Counted from the stretch's first letter, positions 39,288 to 49,004 are shown. The stretch: DNA of 64,000 nt from Pelagibacteraceae bacterium AG-337-G06 (GCA_003282175.1 QBZX01000002.1:138598-202597), one strand, 5' to 3'. The notes: a model not told the origin generated them from the letters alone. Numbers and translations: made by a program.

Positions 39288-39302
39288 CGACTTAGGCCCG
39301 AC
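39288..39302 (+). repeat. Right copy of 15-bp direct repeat
   Basis: CGACTTAGGCCCGAC within period-11 tandem CCCGACTTAGG-CCCGACTAAAT. Confidence 0.6.
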
Positions 39303-39342
39303 TAAATCTGTAAGTAATTGATTATTAATATGAAATAAAAAA

Positions 39343-39375
39343 AGACTCAAAAAGTAGGGGTTAATTGTTGAGTCT
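39343..39375 (-). terminator. Probable terminator of livHMG-like operon
   Basis: AGACTCAA/TTGAGTCT inverted repeat preceded by an A-run (U-tract on minus strand); 17-nt loop makes it atypical. Confidence 0.45.
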
Positions 39376-39395
39376 AATCAATAGGTTAGAGGATT

Positions 39396-40154
39396 TTACT
39401 CCCCCATATACGCTTGCTTGACATCCGCATTTTCTTTGATTTCACTTGGCAAGCCTGATGCCAGTATCTCACCATAGTTCAATGCTAAAATGCGATCTGA
39501 AACTTTATTCACAAAGCTCATATCATGTTCAATCATAATTATTGTTATGCCGAGAAGACTTTGAATATCTTTTATCCAGAATCCTAAATCATTTGTTTCT
39601 TCATTAGTTAAGCCAGACGACGGCTCATCAAGTAAAAGCAGTTTAGGAGCAGTACAAAGAGCGCGTGCTAATTCAACATTTTTTCTTACACCATAAGGAA
39701 GACCATTTATCAGTGTATCTCGGTAGTGTTGCAAATCTAGAAAGTCTATAACTTCTTCAATTTTTAATCTGTGCTCACGTTCTTGTTGTCTGGTTTTATT
39801 TGTAAATAATATTTCAGACAAAATATTAGTTTTTTTGTAAATATGACGTCCTAATAGCATATTTTGAAGAACTGTAGCGTTTTCAAATAGTTCTAAATTT
39901 TGGAATGTTCTGGCAATGCCAAGTGATGAAATGTTATGTGGTTTGATCTTTGAAATATTTTCTCCATCAAAGAAAATTTCACCATTGCTTGGTTCATAGA
40001 TCCGACTGATTACATTAAAGAGAGTAGATTTACCAGCTCCATTCGGTCCAATGATTGTAAATATTTCTCCTTTATCAACTGTAAATGAGACATCATTCAA
40101 TGCCTTTACGCCACCAAAGGAAACAGTGATATTTTTAACTTCAAATAAACTCAT
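39396..40154 (-). CDS. Liv-type ABC ATPase (LivG-like)
   Basis: GPNGAGKST, ARTFQN, LPYG.RK.VELARAL, LLDEP, IEHDM. Confidence 0.93.
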   Translation of the reverse strand: MSLFEVKNITVSFGGVKALNDVSFTVDKGEIFTIIGPNGAGKSTLFNVISRIYEPSNGEIFFDGENISKIKPHNISSLGIARTFQNLELFENATVLQNMLLGRHIYKKTNILSEILFTNKTRQQEREHRLKIEEVIDFLDLQHYRDTLINGLPYGVRKNVELARALCTAPKLLLLDEPSSGLTNEETNDLGFWIKDIQSLLGITIIMIEHDMSFVNKVSDRILALNYGEILASGLPSEIKENADVKQAYMGE

Positions 40155-41227
40155 TAAACTCTATCCGATTTAGTAAATACTTTTTGTTTCTTGAACGTTT
40201 GTTTCTTGTAAGTAGGAAACAACTGAAAGAATAATTTTATTTTTACCCAACGACCATAAATACCTAGAGGTTCATAAAGAATGAAGAGAACTAGTATGAG
40301 TCCAAAAAGCATAGGCTCTAGTCCTGGCTGTGAACCAATTGAACTTGGTAAATAATCTCTGCATATTGCAATTAATTGAGGAAGGTAACCTACAAAAATT
40401 GCTCCAAACACGGTTCCATGTAGACTTCCCATTCCACCTACAACTATTAAAAGAAGCAATGTTAGTGATAAGAAGATATTGAAGATATCTGGCGCTAGAT
40501 ATCCAATGTAGTGAGCAAGTAAAGCTCCAGCCAGTCCAGTAAAAGCTCCTGATATAGCAAAAGATAAAGCTTTATATAAACCTAAATTTACTCCAAGACT
40601 TTGTGCAGCAATTTCACTGTCTCTAATGGCTACAAAAGCTCTGCCAGTAGGTGATCTTAATATATTTATAGCCGCAAACATTGAGAGAATTAAAAATGCT
40701 AAACAAACATAATAAAAGGTAGCACTGTCATAGAAACTCATTCCCATAATTTCAGGTTGAGGCACAGGCATACCTCTGTTACCTCCAGTAAAATGTTCCC
40801 ATTTAATAAAGACATGTTCTGCAATGAAACATAAAGCAAGTGTTGCAATTGCTAAGTACATGCCTGTTAAACGAAGAATAGGTATACCTATCAGTGCGCC
40901 AACCATAAATGAAACTATTACAACGATTGGAATGGAGGCAAAAAATGGGACACCATTTGTAAGCAAAAATGCATGCGTATAGGCTCCTATGCCTAGGAAT
41001 GCAGCATGACCGAGAGAAGCAAGTCCTGTGTATCCTGACAAGATCATTAATCCAATTCCTGCAATAGCCAAGATACACACATATGAGATTTCACCTAAAT
41101 AAAAATCATCAATAATTAGTGGCATCGCAAGCATTAATATAATTAGCAATGAATACCAAAATTTGTCACCACCGTGCCGTGCAATGTTAATATCCTGAGC
41201 GTAATTTGTTTTAAAAATAAATCTCAT
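40154..41227 (-). CDS. Liv-type ABC permease (LivM-like)
   Basis: GYTGLASLGHAAF, LRLTGMYLAIAT, SPTGRAFVAIRDSE, VVGGMGS. Confidence 0.93.
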   Translation of the reverse strand: MRFIFKTNYAQDINIARHGGDKFWYSLLIILMLAMPLIIDDFYLGEISYVCILAIAGIGLMILSGYTGLASLGHAAFLGIGAYTHAFLLTNGVPFFASIPIVVIVSFMVGALIGIPILRLTGMYLAIATLALCFIAEHVFIKWEHFTGGNRGMPVPQPEIMGMSFYDSATFYYVCLAFLILSMFAAINILRSPTGRAFVAIRDSEIAAQSLGVNLGLYKALSFAISGAFTGLAGALLAHYIGYLAPDIFNIFLSLTLLLLIVVGGMGSLHGTVFGAIFVGYLPQLIAICRDYLPSSIGSQPGLEPMLFGLILVLFILYEPLGIYGRWVKIKLFFQLFPTYKKQTFKKQKVFTKSDRV

Positions 41228-42108
41228 TAAACTTTTTTAACCTCAGCTTTATCTGAAAATAATCCACGCGGATAAATAATTAACGTCAAGATCAATACTA
41301 GGTATGCTGAAATTTCTCTGACGCCTTCAAATAAATAATTTTCATATGTTCCGCATAATTGTTCAACTATACCAATGATTATTCCTCCTACGATTGCGCC
41401 AGGTATAGATCCAAATCCACCAAGTACTGCAGCAGCAAAAGCTTTTAGTCCGATTAGCGAGATTGACGTGTCTACCAGTGTTATTGGTGCAAGCAATACG
41501 CCTGCAATGGCGGCAGTAGCTGCAGATATTGACCAAATTAAAGAAAAAATAAATTTAACCGGGATGCCCATATAATATGCTGCTAATTGATTTTCTGAGG
41601 ACGCACGCATAGCAACACCAATTCTTGAAAATGTAAAAAAGAGATAAAGAACTGAAACTAAAATAACAGTTCCTATAATTATAGATAAGTTAACATAGGA
41701 GATAATAAGACCATTAAACTCAGTTATTTTTCCTGAAAAGGGTGTACTGAATGAAAAGATATCAGTTCCCCAATAAATTGATGCAAAGCCTCTTAAAATA
41801 AATCCAATTCCTATGGTTAACATTACAGTTGCAAAGGGAGGCTGGCCAATAATTTGTCTTACAACAACTGAATCTAGAAAAAATCCAAATACAGCAATTA
41901 TTACAACAGTAAGAGCGAATCCCATGATGTAATCCATGCCTAAAACACCTATTAACGAGAAGGCGACAAAAGCTCCTAGCATTAAAATATCACCTTGAGC
42001 AAAATTTATAGTTTCCGTTGCTTTATAGATAAGCACAAAACCAAGTGCCACTAGTCCGTAAATGCATCCTGATGCCACACCATCAATTATTAACTGAATC
42101 AATTGCAT
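41227..42108 (-). CDS. Liv-type ABC permease (LivH-like)
   Basis: G.IYGLVALGF.LIY, NFAQGD, G.AMRA, AAVLGGFGS. Confidence 0.93.
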   Translation of the reverse strand: MQLIQLIIDGVASGCIYGLVALGFVLIYKATETINFAQGDILMLGAFVAFSLIGVLGMDYIMGFALTVVIIAVFGFFLDSVVVRQIIGQPPFATVMLTIGIGFILRGFASIYWGTDIFSFSTPFSGKITEFNGLIISYVNLSIIIGTVILVSVLYLFFTFSRIGVAMRASSENQLAAYYMGIPVKFIFSLIWSISAATAAIAGVLLAPITLVDTSISLIGLKAFAAAVLGGFGSIPGAIVGGIIIGIVEQLCGTYENYLFEGVREISAYLVLILTLIIYPRGLFSDKAEVKKV

Positions 42109-42278
42109 ATATTAAAATTTTAATAAATTAGTTTAATAAATTTAGTTTATAAAGAGACAATATACATTATTTAATCAAACAAGTTATAAAAATTAGCTGA
42201 ATTAAACTAAAAAATTAACTTTCAATAACCTTAAAATTGATAAAAAATTCATGCATAATTAATTAATCGGGGGATTAT

Positions 42279-43073
42279 ATGTTTAAAACAGACGATGTGA
42301 TTATTAAAGTCTGCATGTTTTTAGCAGGTTTTATTTTTTTCTTATATGGCACTATCATGATGTTTAATTACGACTTCATGATTGATAGATATCCAACTTT
42401 TGAGGACAATCTTACTACTGAATTTTTTCTTAATTGGTTTGGAGCGGTCAACTTTGTTGCTTATGTAGGAATCCTATATATGGGATTTAAAGGACTTGAT
42501 AGAGGATTTTTTGCATACGCATTACCAGTTGTTCTGCTTCAATTAATATGGGTTGTTATGTCAATTCAAATAAGTGGAAGTGAAAACTATACTGGCCTGT
42601 ATGCATGGATTATTTTGTTTGCTTTACTAATAATTTCAAGAATAAGAGCGGGTTTCCCCTTTACCTTTGAAAGTGCTGGTAGCGCGTTTGGTGTAACCGA
42701 CAAAGTTACTCAATACATGCTGTATTTAGGAATTATTTTGGCTGTGTTCAACATTATATCTTACTTCGTTGATCCAGGTGGGTTTATCAGACAAGTTCCT
42801 TTGTTGGAAAGCAGCCCACAAGCTGAACATGCTGTATTAGGTATAACAATGATTAATATTGCAATACTGATTGCCTTTATTTACCAATACAGAGTGGGTT
42901 TAAGTGGCGTACTCATTACAATGAGTGCAGTTGCTGCAGCAATGTTCTTTAGTAGCTTGCTTGTAGCTAGCGTGACATTCCCTAATGATGGCGCTCCATT
43001 ACTTGCATTGTTTATTACACTTAATTTTATAATTTCAATAACAGTGTATTTTAGAAACCAATCAAACTTTTAG
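42279..43073 (+). CDS. 8-TM hypothetical protein (two 4-TM modules)
   Basis: 264 aa; each half has four hydrophobic helices. Confidence 0.7.
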   Translation: MFKTDDVIIKVCMFLAGFIFFLYGTIMMFNYDFMIDRYPTFEDNLTTEFFLNWFGAVNFVAYVGILYMGFKGLDRGFFAYALPVVLLQLIWVVMSIQISGSENYTGLYAWIILFALLIISRIRAGFPFTFESAGSAFGVTDKVTQYMLYLGIILAVFNIISYFVDPGGFIRQVPLLESSPQAEHAVLGITMINIAILIAFIYQYRVGLSGVLITMSAVAAAMFFSSLLVASVTFPNDGAPLLALFITLNFIISITVYFRNQSNF

Positions 43074-43083
43074 GAGGAGTAAG

Positions 43084-43503
43084 ATGATTAAAATTGAAGA
43101 TATGATTAGTAGAGTAATAATTTGTTTCCTTATAGTATTATTCCTCTTTTATGGGTTCATGTTTATTGATGACCAATCAACAGTAGCCTTTGCAGAACGT
43201 ATAGGAACTGATCCTGGAGATGTTGATGCAGCGCACTTACTATTATTTGCAAACTTGGGGTGGGTTTATATCACGTTTGCAATAGGGTTTGCAGCTTGTT
43301 TGCTTGCTCCATTGGAACAATCGACGGTATTTTTTAGATTGATGCTTGTTGGTTCTTTCATCACGGCTATACGTCAGATCATCATTTATATGGGTGTCGA
43401 TGGTGGAGCCAACCCTGTACCGATGATTGCAAGTATATTAGTTTTTGTTCTCATGAATGTTCTCTACAGCAGGGCAGGGATGAGGATTGGAACTACGTTT
43501 TAA
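43084..43503 (+). CDS. 4-TM hypothetical protein related to the upstream gene
   Basis: MIKIEDMISRV..LFYG versus MFKTDDVIIKV..FLYG; AGGAGGAG RBS. Confidence 0.7.
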   Translation: MIKIEDMISRVIICFLIVLFLFYGFMFIDDQSTVAFAERIGTDPGDVDAAHLLLFANLGWVYITFAIGFAACLLAPLEQSTVFFRLMLVGSFITAIRQIIIYMGVDGGANPVPMIASILVFVLMNVLYSRAGMRIGTTF

Positions 43504-43526
43504 GATCCTTAACGATTAATAAAATT

Positions 43527-43559
43527 AGGGCTTGAACTTTTAGTTCGAGCCCTTTTTTT
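43527..43559 (+). terminator. Rho-independent terminator
   Basis: AGGGCTTGAAC-TTTTA-GTTCGAGCCCT followed by a T-run. Confidence 0.85.
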
Positions 43560-43591
43560 ATTAAAGTAATCTATAATTTAAAATCTAAATA

Positions 43592-43825
43592 TTAACAGCA
43601 GCCACAAGTTTTTTTGCCTGCAGGAGCATTTTTTAGTGCTTTTTTCTCAGCCATTAACTCTTCTTCTTTAACTTCATTTTCAGCAAGAAGCTGAGCTTCG
43701 TTAGCTAGTTTATCTTCAAAGTACTTTTCTAAACAATCATAGCCAAGCTTCTTGGCTTTTTTCTCTTCATAGCCTCTTCTGCCTTTGAGATTAGCAATGA
43801 TGTCAGGGATTGAAATATTTTGCAT
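43592..43825 (-). CDS. Small protein with C-terminal CGCC tail
   Basis: NLKGRRGYEEKKAKKLG..C..YFEDK, coiled coil, ends KKTCGCC. Confidence 0.8.
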   Translation of the reverse strand: MQNISIPDIIANLKGRRGYEEKKAKKLGYDCLEKYFEDKLANEAQLLAENEVKEEELMAEKKALKNAPAGKKTCGCC

Positions 43826-43902
43826 ATAGGATTTTTATTTAAATTTTTACCTTTTTACAAGCACATAGATTTTTAGTTTGGTAATTGCTGATTTATAGCC
43901 AA

Positions 43903-44397
43903 TTACCAGTCAAAAAAGCCGTGCGTGCCAGTTGTTCCTCTATAATATTCAACGTCGTCGGCTATAAGTTCATATCCAACAACTGCAAGCTCTTCAATGT
44001 TATGGTTTTCAATTTTAATCTTACCTGTAACGTAAACAGGTTCCCACCAAGCAAGTCCTTCCCATGGTTTTTTAGTTTCAACATAAACAATCTGATTAGG
44101 AGCAGGAGCGGGGACATGTATACATGCTCCAATGTAAGGTACCAATAAGAAAGTGTTTATCTCTCGTCCAATTATATCTAAGGGCAGAATATACCCCGGT
44201 ATTCTTACTTCTTTATCGTCTAATTTTTTGTTAAATTTAACTTCAGATGGATTAAACATTGCAGTCCATGGGATCAAGTCTTCCCAATCAATTTCTTTAG
44301 GTTCAGATGCATAAGAAAAAGATGAAAGTAAAATTGTTGATAAAAGCACTAAACATTTAATACTTAGTAAAATACTCTTTGATAGTTGAGTTTTCAT
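43903..44397 (-). CDS. DUF3299 protein (ZrgD-like)
   Basis: WEDLIP, VRIPGYILPL, FLLVPYIGACIHVPAPAPNQIVYV. Confidence 0.9.
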   Translation of the reverse strand: MKTQLSKSILLSIKCLVLLSTILLSSFSYASEPKEIDWEDLIPWTAMFNPSEVKFNKKLDDKEVRIPGYILPLDIIGREINTFLLVPYIGACIHVPAPAPNQIVYVETKKPWEGLAWWEPVYVTGKIKIENHNIEELAVVGYELIADDVEYYRGTTGTHGFFDW

Positions 44398-45644
44398 ATT
44401 TTAATTGTCATACCGTCATTAATTGAAAACCAATAGGCTCTGATTGCGGGGATCAGACTTACCAATGAAGCTGCTATAATAAATAACATAAAAATATAAA
44501 TATCTTTTACAGCCAGCATTTCAATATTAACTAATATTCCGTAAGTATTATCAATCCATGGTTGCAATACGTATAAAGTTAGGAACAGCATGAGAGTACT
44601 TAAAATTATACTCATTACTGAGATAATGAATGCTTCAAGCATTAAAAGACCTATAACAACTTTAGGCGATGCTCCCATTGCTCTCCAAATAGCCATTTCA
44701 CGCCTTCTTTCATTCAAACTTGAAAATATAATGGCCGTCATGCCAATGAGTGTTGTAAAAATAACTGTTACGGAGATTCCAAGTAGTAGATTTTCAACCA
44801 CGCCAACGATCCTCCACAGTTCTTGAAGAGCAACACCAGGTAAAATTGAACTTAATGATTCCTCTGGATACTCATTAATCCATCGTTGTAATTGAAATAT
44901 TTGTAATTTTGAATTTACCCCAATTAATGCTGCCGTGATATTTTTTGGGGAGAGGTCCATCTGACGAATTTCTTCCACAGGAGTAATTTGCCCAGGAATT
45001 TTAGCTCCTGTAGACCAATCTACGTGAATAGCTTCAATTGCCTCCAAGCTTACGATAACTGTATTGTCAACTGGTGTTCCAGTTTTAGCAAGAATACCTG
45101 AGACTCTAAATGGTTGATCATCGTGATCTGAAAATGACTGTAGTCCATGAGATACAATGAGTGGAGTGCCCACAGAATAATTTAGTTTTTCAGCAACGCC
45201 TGCACCTATTATAACATCGTATAAGTCATCTAGGCTGTTGCCTTGTTCTAATTCAACTGATTGTCCACCCCTGAACTTATATCGCTTAAAAAATTCATTA
45301 TTGGTACCCATAACTCTAAAACCTTTATGACTATCTCCAAGAGAGATAGGCACAGACCATGCAACTTCTTTTTTATCTATAACATCCTCATAACTTTCCC
45401 AAGTTATGTTGTTGGTAGCATTTCCAATTCTAAAGACTGAATATAGAAGTAGTTGAACAGAACTCGTTCTTGCGCCAACTATTAGGTCAGTTTGAGAGAT
45501 CGTATCAGTGAAGCTTGTGTAAGCAGATGTTCTTAACTTTTCAACGCTCATGTACAACATTAAAGATAAGGATATAGCAAAAACCGTCATACCAACGGTT
45601 AATAACCTTGCATACAAAGAATTGAAGGTAAGTTTTAAAAGCAT
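44394..45644 (-). CDS. MacB/FtsX-type ABC permease (ZrgC-like)
   Basis: DLIVGAR.S.VQLLLYSVF.IG, PISLGDSHKGFRV, ERRREMAI.RA.GA. Confidence 0.9.
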   Translation of the reverse strand: MLLKLTFNSLYARLLTVGMTVFAISLSLMLYMSVEKLRTSAYTSFTDTISQTDLIVGARTSSVQLLLYSVFRIGNATNNITWESYEDVIDKKEVAWSVPISLGDSHKGFRVMGTNNEFFKRYKFRGGQSVELEQGNSLDDLYDVIIGAGVAEKLNYSVGTPLIVSHGLQSFSDHDDQPFRVSGILAKTGTPVDNTVIVSLEAIEAIHVDWSTGAKIPGQITPVEEIRQMDLSPKNITAALIGVNSKLQIFQLQRWINEYPEESLSSILPGVALQELWRIVGVVENLLLGISVTVIFTTLIGMTAIIFSSLNERRREMAIWRAMGASPKVVIGLLMLEAFIISVMSIILSTLMLFLTLYVLQPWIDNTYGILVNIEMLAVKDIYIFMLFIIAASLVSLIPAIRAYWFSINDGMTIKI

Positions 45645-45646
45645 CT

Positions 45647-46348
45647 TTATTGTTCTTTCACCGAGACATTTTTCATATCTATAACTCTATCAAAGTTAGA
45701 GCTTAAAGATTTATCATGAGAAACCATTAATAAGGTTGAATTGCTATTTGCAACTTGAGAGAACATTAAATCCAGAAATATATTTTGCGCGTCTGTATCC
45801 AAAGAGGATGTAGGCTCATCTGCAATGACCAATGGAGGATTTCCAATTAATGCTCGTGCAACAGCAACTCTCTGTTGTTGACCAACGCTCAATTCACTTG
45901 CTTTCATATTAACAATGTCTTCAGGCAAACGTAAAGATTGACAAATGCTAATCGCTGTTTCTCTTTGATCGCTGACGTTTGCTGACCTTAATTTTGAAAA
46001 ATAAAGTGGCAACAAAATATTATCAATGACATTTGCATACGGCAGTAAATTAAATTGCTGAAATATAATCCCAATGTTATCAGATCTATATTGATCTCTT
46101 TTTGTTGCTGATAAGTCATTAATCAGCTTTTCATTCAATTGAATTTTGCCTGAAAGGGGAGTTAAAAATCCACAGATAAGTGAGAGCAGGGTTGTTTTAC
46201 CTGAACCACTCTCGCCCAAAAGCAATACTTTTTCTCCTTTGTCGATTGAGAGCTCAGGAATATGAAGTTTAAATTTGCTTTTATTTGACCAATGAAACTT
46301 TACAGAATTAATTTGTATCGTTTTTTCATTCAAATTAGATTTTTCCAT
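45647..46348 (-). CDS. ABC ATPase (ZrgB-like)
   Basis: GESGSGKTT, IFQQFNLLPY, LSVGQQQRVA, ADEPTSSLD. Confidence 0.92.
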   Translation of the reverse strand: MEKSNLNEKTIQINSVKFHWSNKSKFKLHIPELSIDKGEKVLLLGESGSGKTTLLSLICGFLTPLSGKIQLNEKLINDLSATKRDQYRSDNIGIIFQQFNLLPYANVIDNILLPLYFSKLRSANVSDQRETAISICQSLRLPEDIVNMKASELSVGQQQRVAVARALIGNPPLVIADEPTSSLDTDAQNIFLDLMFSQVANSNSTLLMVSHDKSLSSNFDRVIDMKNVSVKEQ

Positions 46349-46946
46349 CTGTGTTAATTAAAGGCTCATCTCCTTCTACCTCAAAGCTAGTAGACCCCAT
46401 ATTTGAGATAAACTGAACCTCTAACTCACCAGAATTTGTGAAAGTAGCAAAATAAGGAAAATTTACCTCTTTAATGGCGTTTATGTTGCCGCATTCAAAT
46501 GAATATTTTGCATAAAACTCATTATGATTTTCTTCAGCATGCTCATCATGGTCATCGTGTTCATCATGGTCATCGTGTTCATCATGGTCATCGTGTTCAT
46601 CATGGTCATCGTGCTCATCATGCTCATCTTCTTCCTTTAAAGCAACTTTCTGACCGTTTAATTCGCAAAGACTATTACTTGGTAGAGTGAATATATTTGT
46701 GTAATCATCAAATGTTTTCAAAGCTTGATTAATTTTAGCAATATCTTCATCACTTTTTGCAACATATTCAAAACCTACAATATCGGCTCCAGGTATCATA
46801 AATTCAAACTCAATTGTCGATCCTTCAACGGCAATATTTAACTCACCCACGCCATGTTCATGCTTATCAACCTGTCTCGTCTCTTCAGCACTGATTGTAA
46901 AAGTCATTAAATTAAATGAGATTAATATATAGATTATGTATTTCAT
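46335..46946 (-). CDS. zrgA: Periplasmic zinc-binding protein ZrgA (DUF2796)
   Basis: Signal peptide; HEHGVGELNIA, PGADIVGFE, His/Asp-rich loop, YSFEC. Confidence 0.88.
   Translation of the reverse strand: MKYIIYILISFNLMTFTISAEETRQVDKHEHGVGELNIAVEGSTIEFEFMIPGADIVGFEYVAKSDEDIAKINQALKTFDDYTNIFTLPSNSLCELNGQKVALKEEDEHDEHDDHDEHDDHDEHDDHDEHDDHDEHAEENHNEFYAKYSFECGNINAIKEVNFPYFATFTNSGELEVQFISNMGSTSFEVEGDEPLINTDGKI
46543..46614. repeat. 4 x 18-bp tandem repeat encoding HDDHDE in ZrgA
   Basis: TCATCATGGTCATCGTGT x3 plus one copy ending in C. Confidence 0.95.
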
Positions 46947-47005
46947 ATGAGCCTCTATTTGAAAAAAAAATATATTATCGCTAAAAAAATATTTTATCTA
47001 GAGAA

Positions 47006-47026
47006 AATTGTTATTATATAACAATT
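47006..47026. promoter_or_regulatory. Zur box upstream of zrgA
   Basis: AATTGTTAT-TAT-ATAACAATT palindrome (TGTTAT-N3-ATAACA). Confidence 0.85.
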
Positions 47027-47048
47027 CAATTAATGGATGATTTTTGCT

Positions 47049-47450
47049 TCAAGATGTTTCACAGGATTTACAAGTACCAAAGAATTCTAGATTGTAGCCG
47101 TCAAATTTGATTCCACTATTATCCTTAAAATCTAATAAATATTTAAAGAGTTTAGGGTCATTTATTTCTGAGACTTCATCACAACTATCACATATTGAAA
47201 ATGCAGTAGCATGAGGTGTTTCACAATCTGAAGTTTTGCATGCAACAAATGAATTTTGACTTTCTACTTTATGAATTTTACCAATTTCAATTAACTTATC
47301 TAAAGCTCTGTAAACTTGAGGTGGAGCATTGATGCCTTTTTTTTGTACATTAGATAAAATGGAATACGCTTTAACAGGCTTCTTGTTTTTTTGAATGTAT
47401 TCAAGAATGATCTTTTGATTTTTGGACAGTGGTTTCTGTTTATTTTCCAT
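47049..47450 (-). CDS. zur: Zinc uptake regulator
   Basis: PPQVYRALDKL, HKVES.NSFVAC, F.ICDSC..V.EI, CKSC. Confidence 0.92.
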   Translation of the reverse strand: MENKQKPLSKNQKIILEYIQKNKKPVKAYSILSNVQKKGINAPPQVYRALDKLIEIGKIHKVESQNSFVACKTSDCETPHATAFSICDSCDEVSEINDPKLFKYLLDFKDNSGIKFDGYNLEFFGTCKSCETS

Positions 47451-47461
47451 TGCTTGCTATT

Positions 47462-48253
47462 TTAATATTTTTTTCTAATTCTGGATAATGATAAAATAAA
47501 TAAAATTATTGCAACTGTGACAATAGTAGGGCCCGATGATGTATTGATTTCGAAGGATGCATAAAGTCCAACAAATACTGATAATAATCCTCCAATAATT
47601 GACAAAACAACCATTTGTTTGGGATTATTTGATAAATTACGCGCCATTGCACATGGAATAATCAGCATCCCAGTTATTAAGAGAAGACCTACCATTTTGA
47701 TAGAAATTGCAATAAGAGCTGCCAATAATATTGTAAATATAGCGTTAACTCGTTTTGGATTCATGCCCTCAGCTTCAGCCAACTCATAATTTACCGTTGA
47801 GGCAAATAAAGGTTTCCATATTAGCCATAATACGAAAAGTATTATTGCACCACCTGCCCATATGATGATCAAGTCATTTACATTTACCGACAGTATATCT
47901 CCAAACAGTACCCCCATGATATCAAACCTTATGAATGATAAAAACCCTAAGACTAGTAACCCAATGGCTAAAGATGAGTGTGAGAGGAGCCCCAGTAGTG
48001 CATCGCCTGCTAAATTTGTTGTATTTTGTAATCTCAATAAAATTAATGCAACTAATGATGAAACAGCGAATATTGATAGTGAAATGTTTATATCAAATGA
48101 TATCGATAATATTACACCTAACAATGCTGAATGCGCTAGTGTATCCCCAAAGAATGAAAGTCTCCGCCATACAACAAAGCATCCTAGAGGACCGGTAACT
48201 AGGGCAATTCCAATACCAGCGATCAGTGCCCTAAACAAAAAGTCATCAAACAT
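47462..48253 (-). CDS. znuB: Zinc ABC permease
   Basis: GPLGCFVVWRRLSFFGDTLAHSALLG, LFGDIL, VGLLLI. Confidence 0.95.
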   Translation of the reverse strand: MFDDFLFRALIAGIGIALVTGPLGCFVVWRRLSFFGDTLAHSALLGVILSISFDINISLSIFAVSSLVALILLRLQNTTNLAGDALLGLLSHSSLAIGLLVLGFLSFIRFDIMGVLFGDILSVNVNDLIIIWAGGAIILFVLWLIWKPLFASTVNYELAEAEGMNPKRVNAIFTILLAALIAISIKMVGLLLITGMLIIPCAMARNLSNNPKQMVVLSIIGGLLSVFVGLYASFEINTSSGPTIVTVAIILFILSLSRIRKKY

Positions 48254-48254
48254 A

Positions 48255-49004
48255 TTATTTTGCCTCTTTCACGATGTTACCATCTGAGTCATGAACATGA
48301 TCATGCTCATGTTCATAGAGAGAAAGAAGATGAGATGATTTTTCTCCAAATAGTTCTTTATATTCTTTGTTTTGAGCAACAGCTACTGGCGTTCCTGAGC
48401 AGCAAACATGCCCATTAAGACAAACGACATAGTCCGTAGCAGACATAACAACATGAAGATCGTGTGAAATTAACAGTATTCCACACTGAAGTGTTTCGGA
48501 TATTTTTTTTATCAACGCGTATAATTCAACTTCACCTGTAAAATCGACACCCTGCACAGGCTCATCAAGCACCAAAAGGTCGGGCTTCTTTGCAATCGCT
48601 CTTGCCAGAAGAACTCTTTGAAATTCACCACCTGATAATTCTCTCAGATTATTATTTTTAAGGTGCTCAACGCCTGTTAAGTTAAGAGCATCGTTTATTT
48701 CTTGATCTCGAAGGTCCTGAGTTAAGACCATAAAATCAATAACTCTTACAGGCAATGTCCAGTCAATTGAAACTTTTTGTGGTACGTAAGAAATTTTATT
48801 TGTTAATCTTTCAACAGTGCCCTCAATGTTTTTGTAAAGACCGAGAGCTATTTTAGCAGTCGTGGTTTTGCCTGACCCGTTTGGACCAATTAAAGTAACA
48901 ATTTTTCCTTTTGTAATATTTAAATTTACACCCTTCACAAGCCATTTACCATCCTTATACAAACCGGCATCAGATACTTTTACTAAAAGGTCATTGTCTA
49001 TCAT
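48255..49004 (-). CDS. znuC: Zinc ABC ATPase
   Basis: GPNGSGKTT, LSGGEFQRVLLARA, SHDLHVVM, HVCCSGTP, His-rich tail. Confidence 0.95.
   Translation of the reverse strand: MIDNDLLVKVSDAGLYKDGKWLVKGVNLNITKGKIVTLIGPNGSGKTTTAKIALGLYKNIEGTVERLTNKISYVPQKVSIDWTLPVRVIDFMVLTQDLRDQEINDALNLTGVEHLKNNNLRELSGGEFQRVLLARAIAKKPDLLVLDEPVQGVDFTGEVELYALIKKISETLQCGILLISHDLHVVMSATDYVVCLNGHVCCSGTPVAVAQNKEYKELFGEKSSHLLSLYEHEHDHVHDSDGNIVKEAK

Noticed and set aside
43592-43606. Selenocysteine read-through at the CGCC tail
   Set aside because: The stop is TAA, not TGA.
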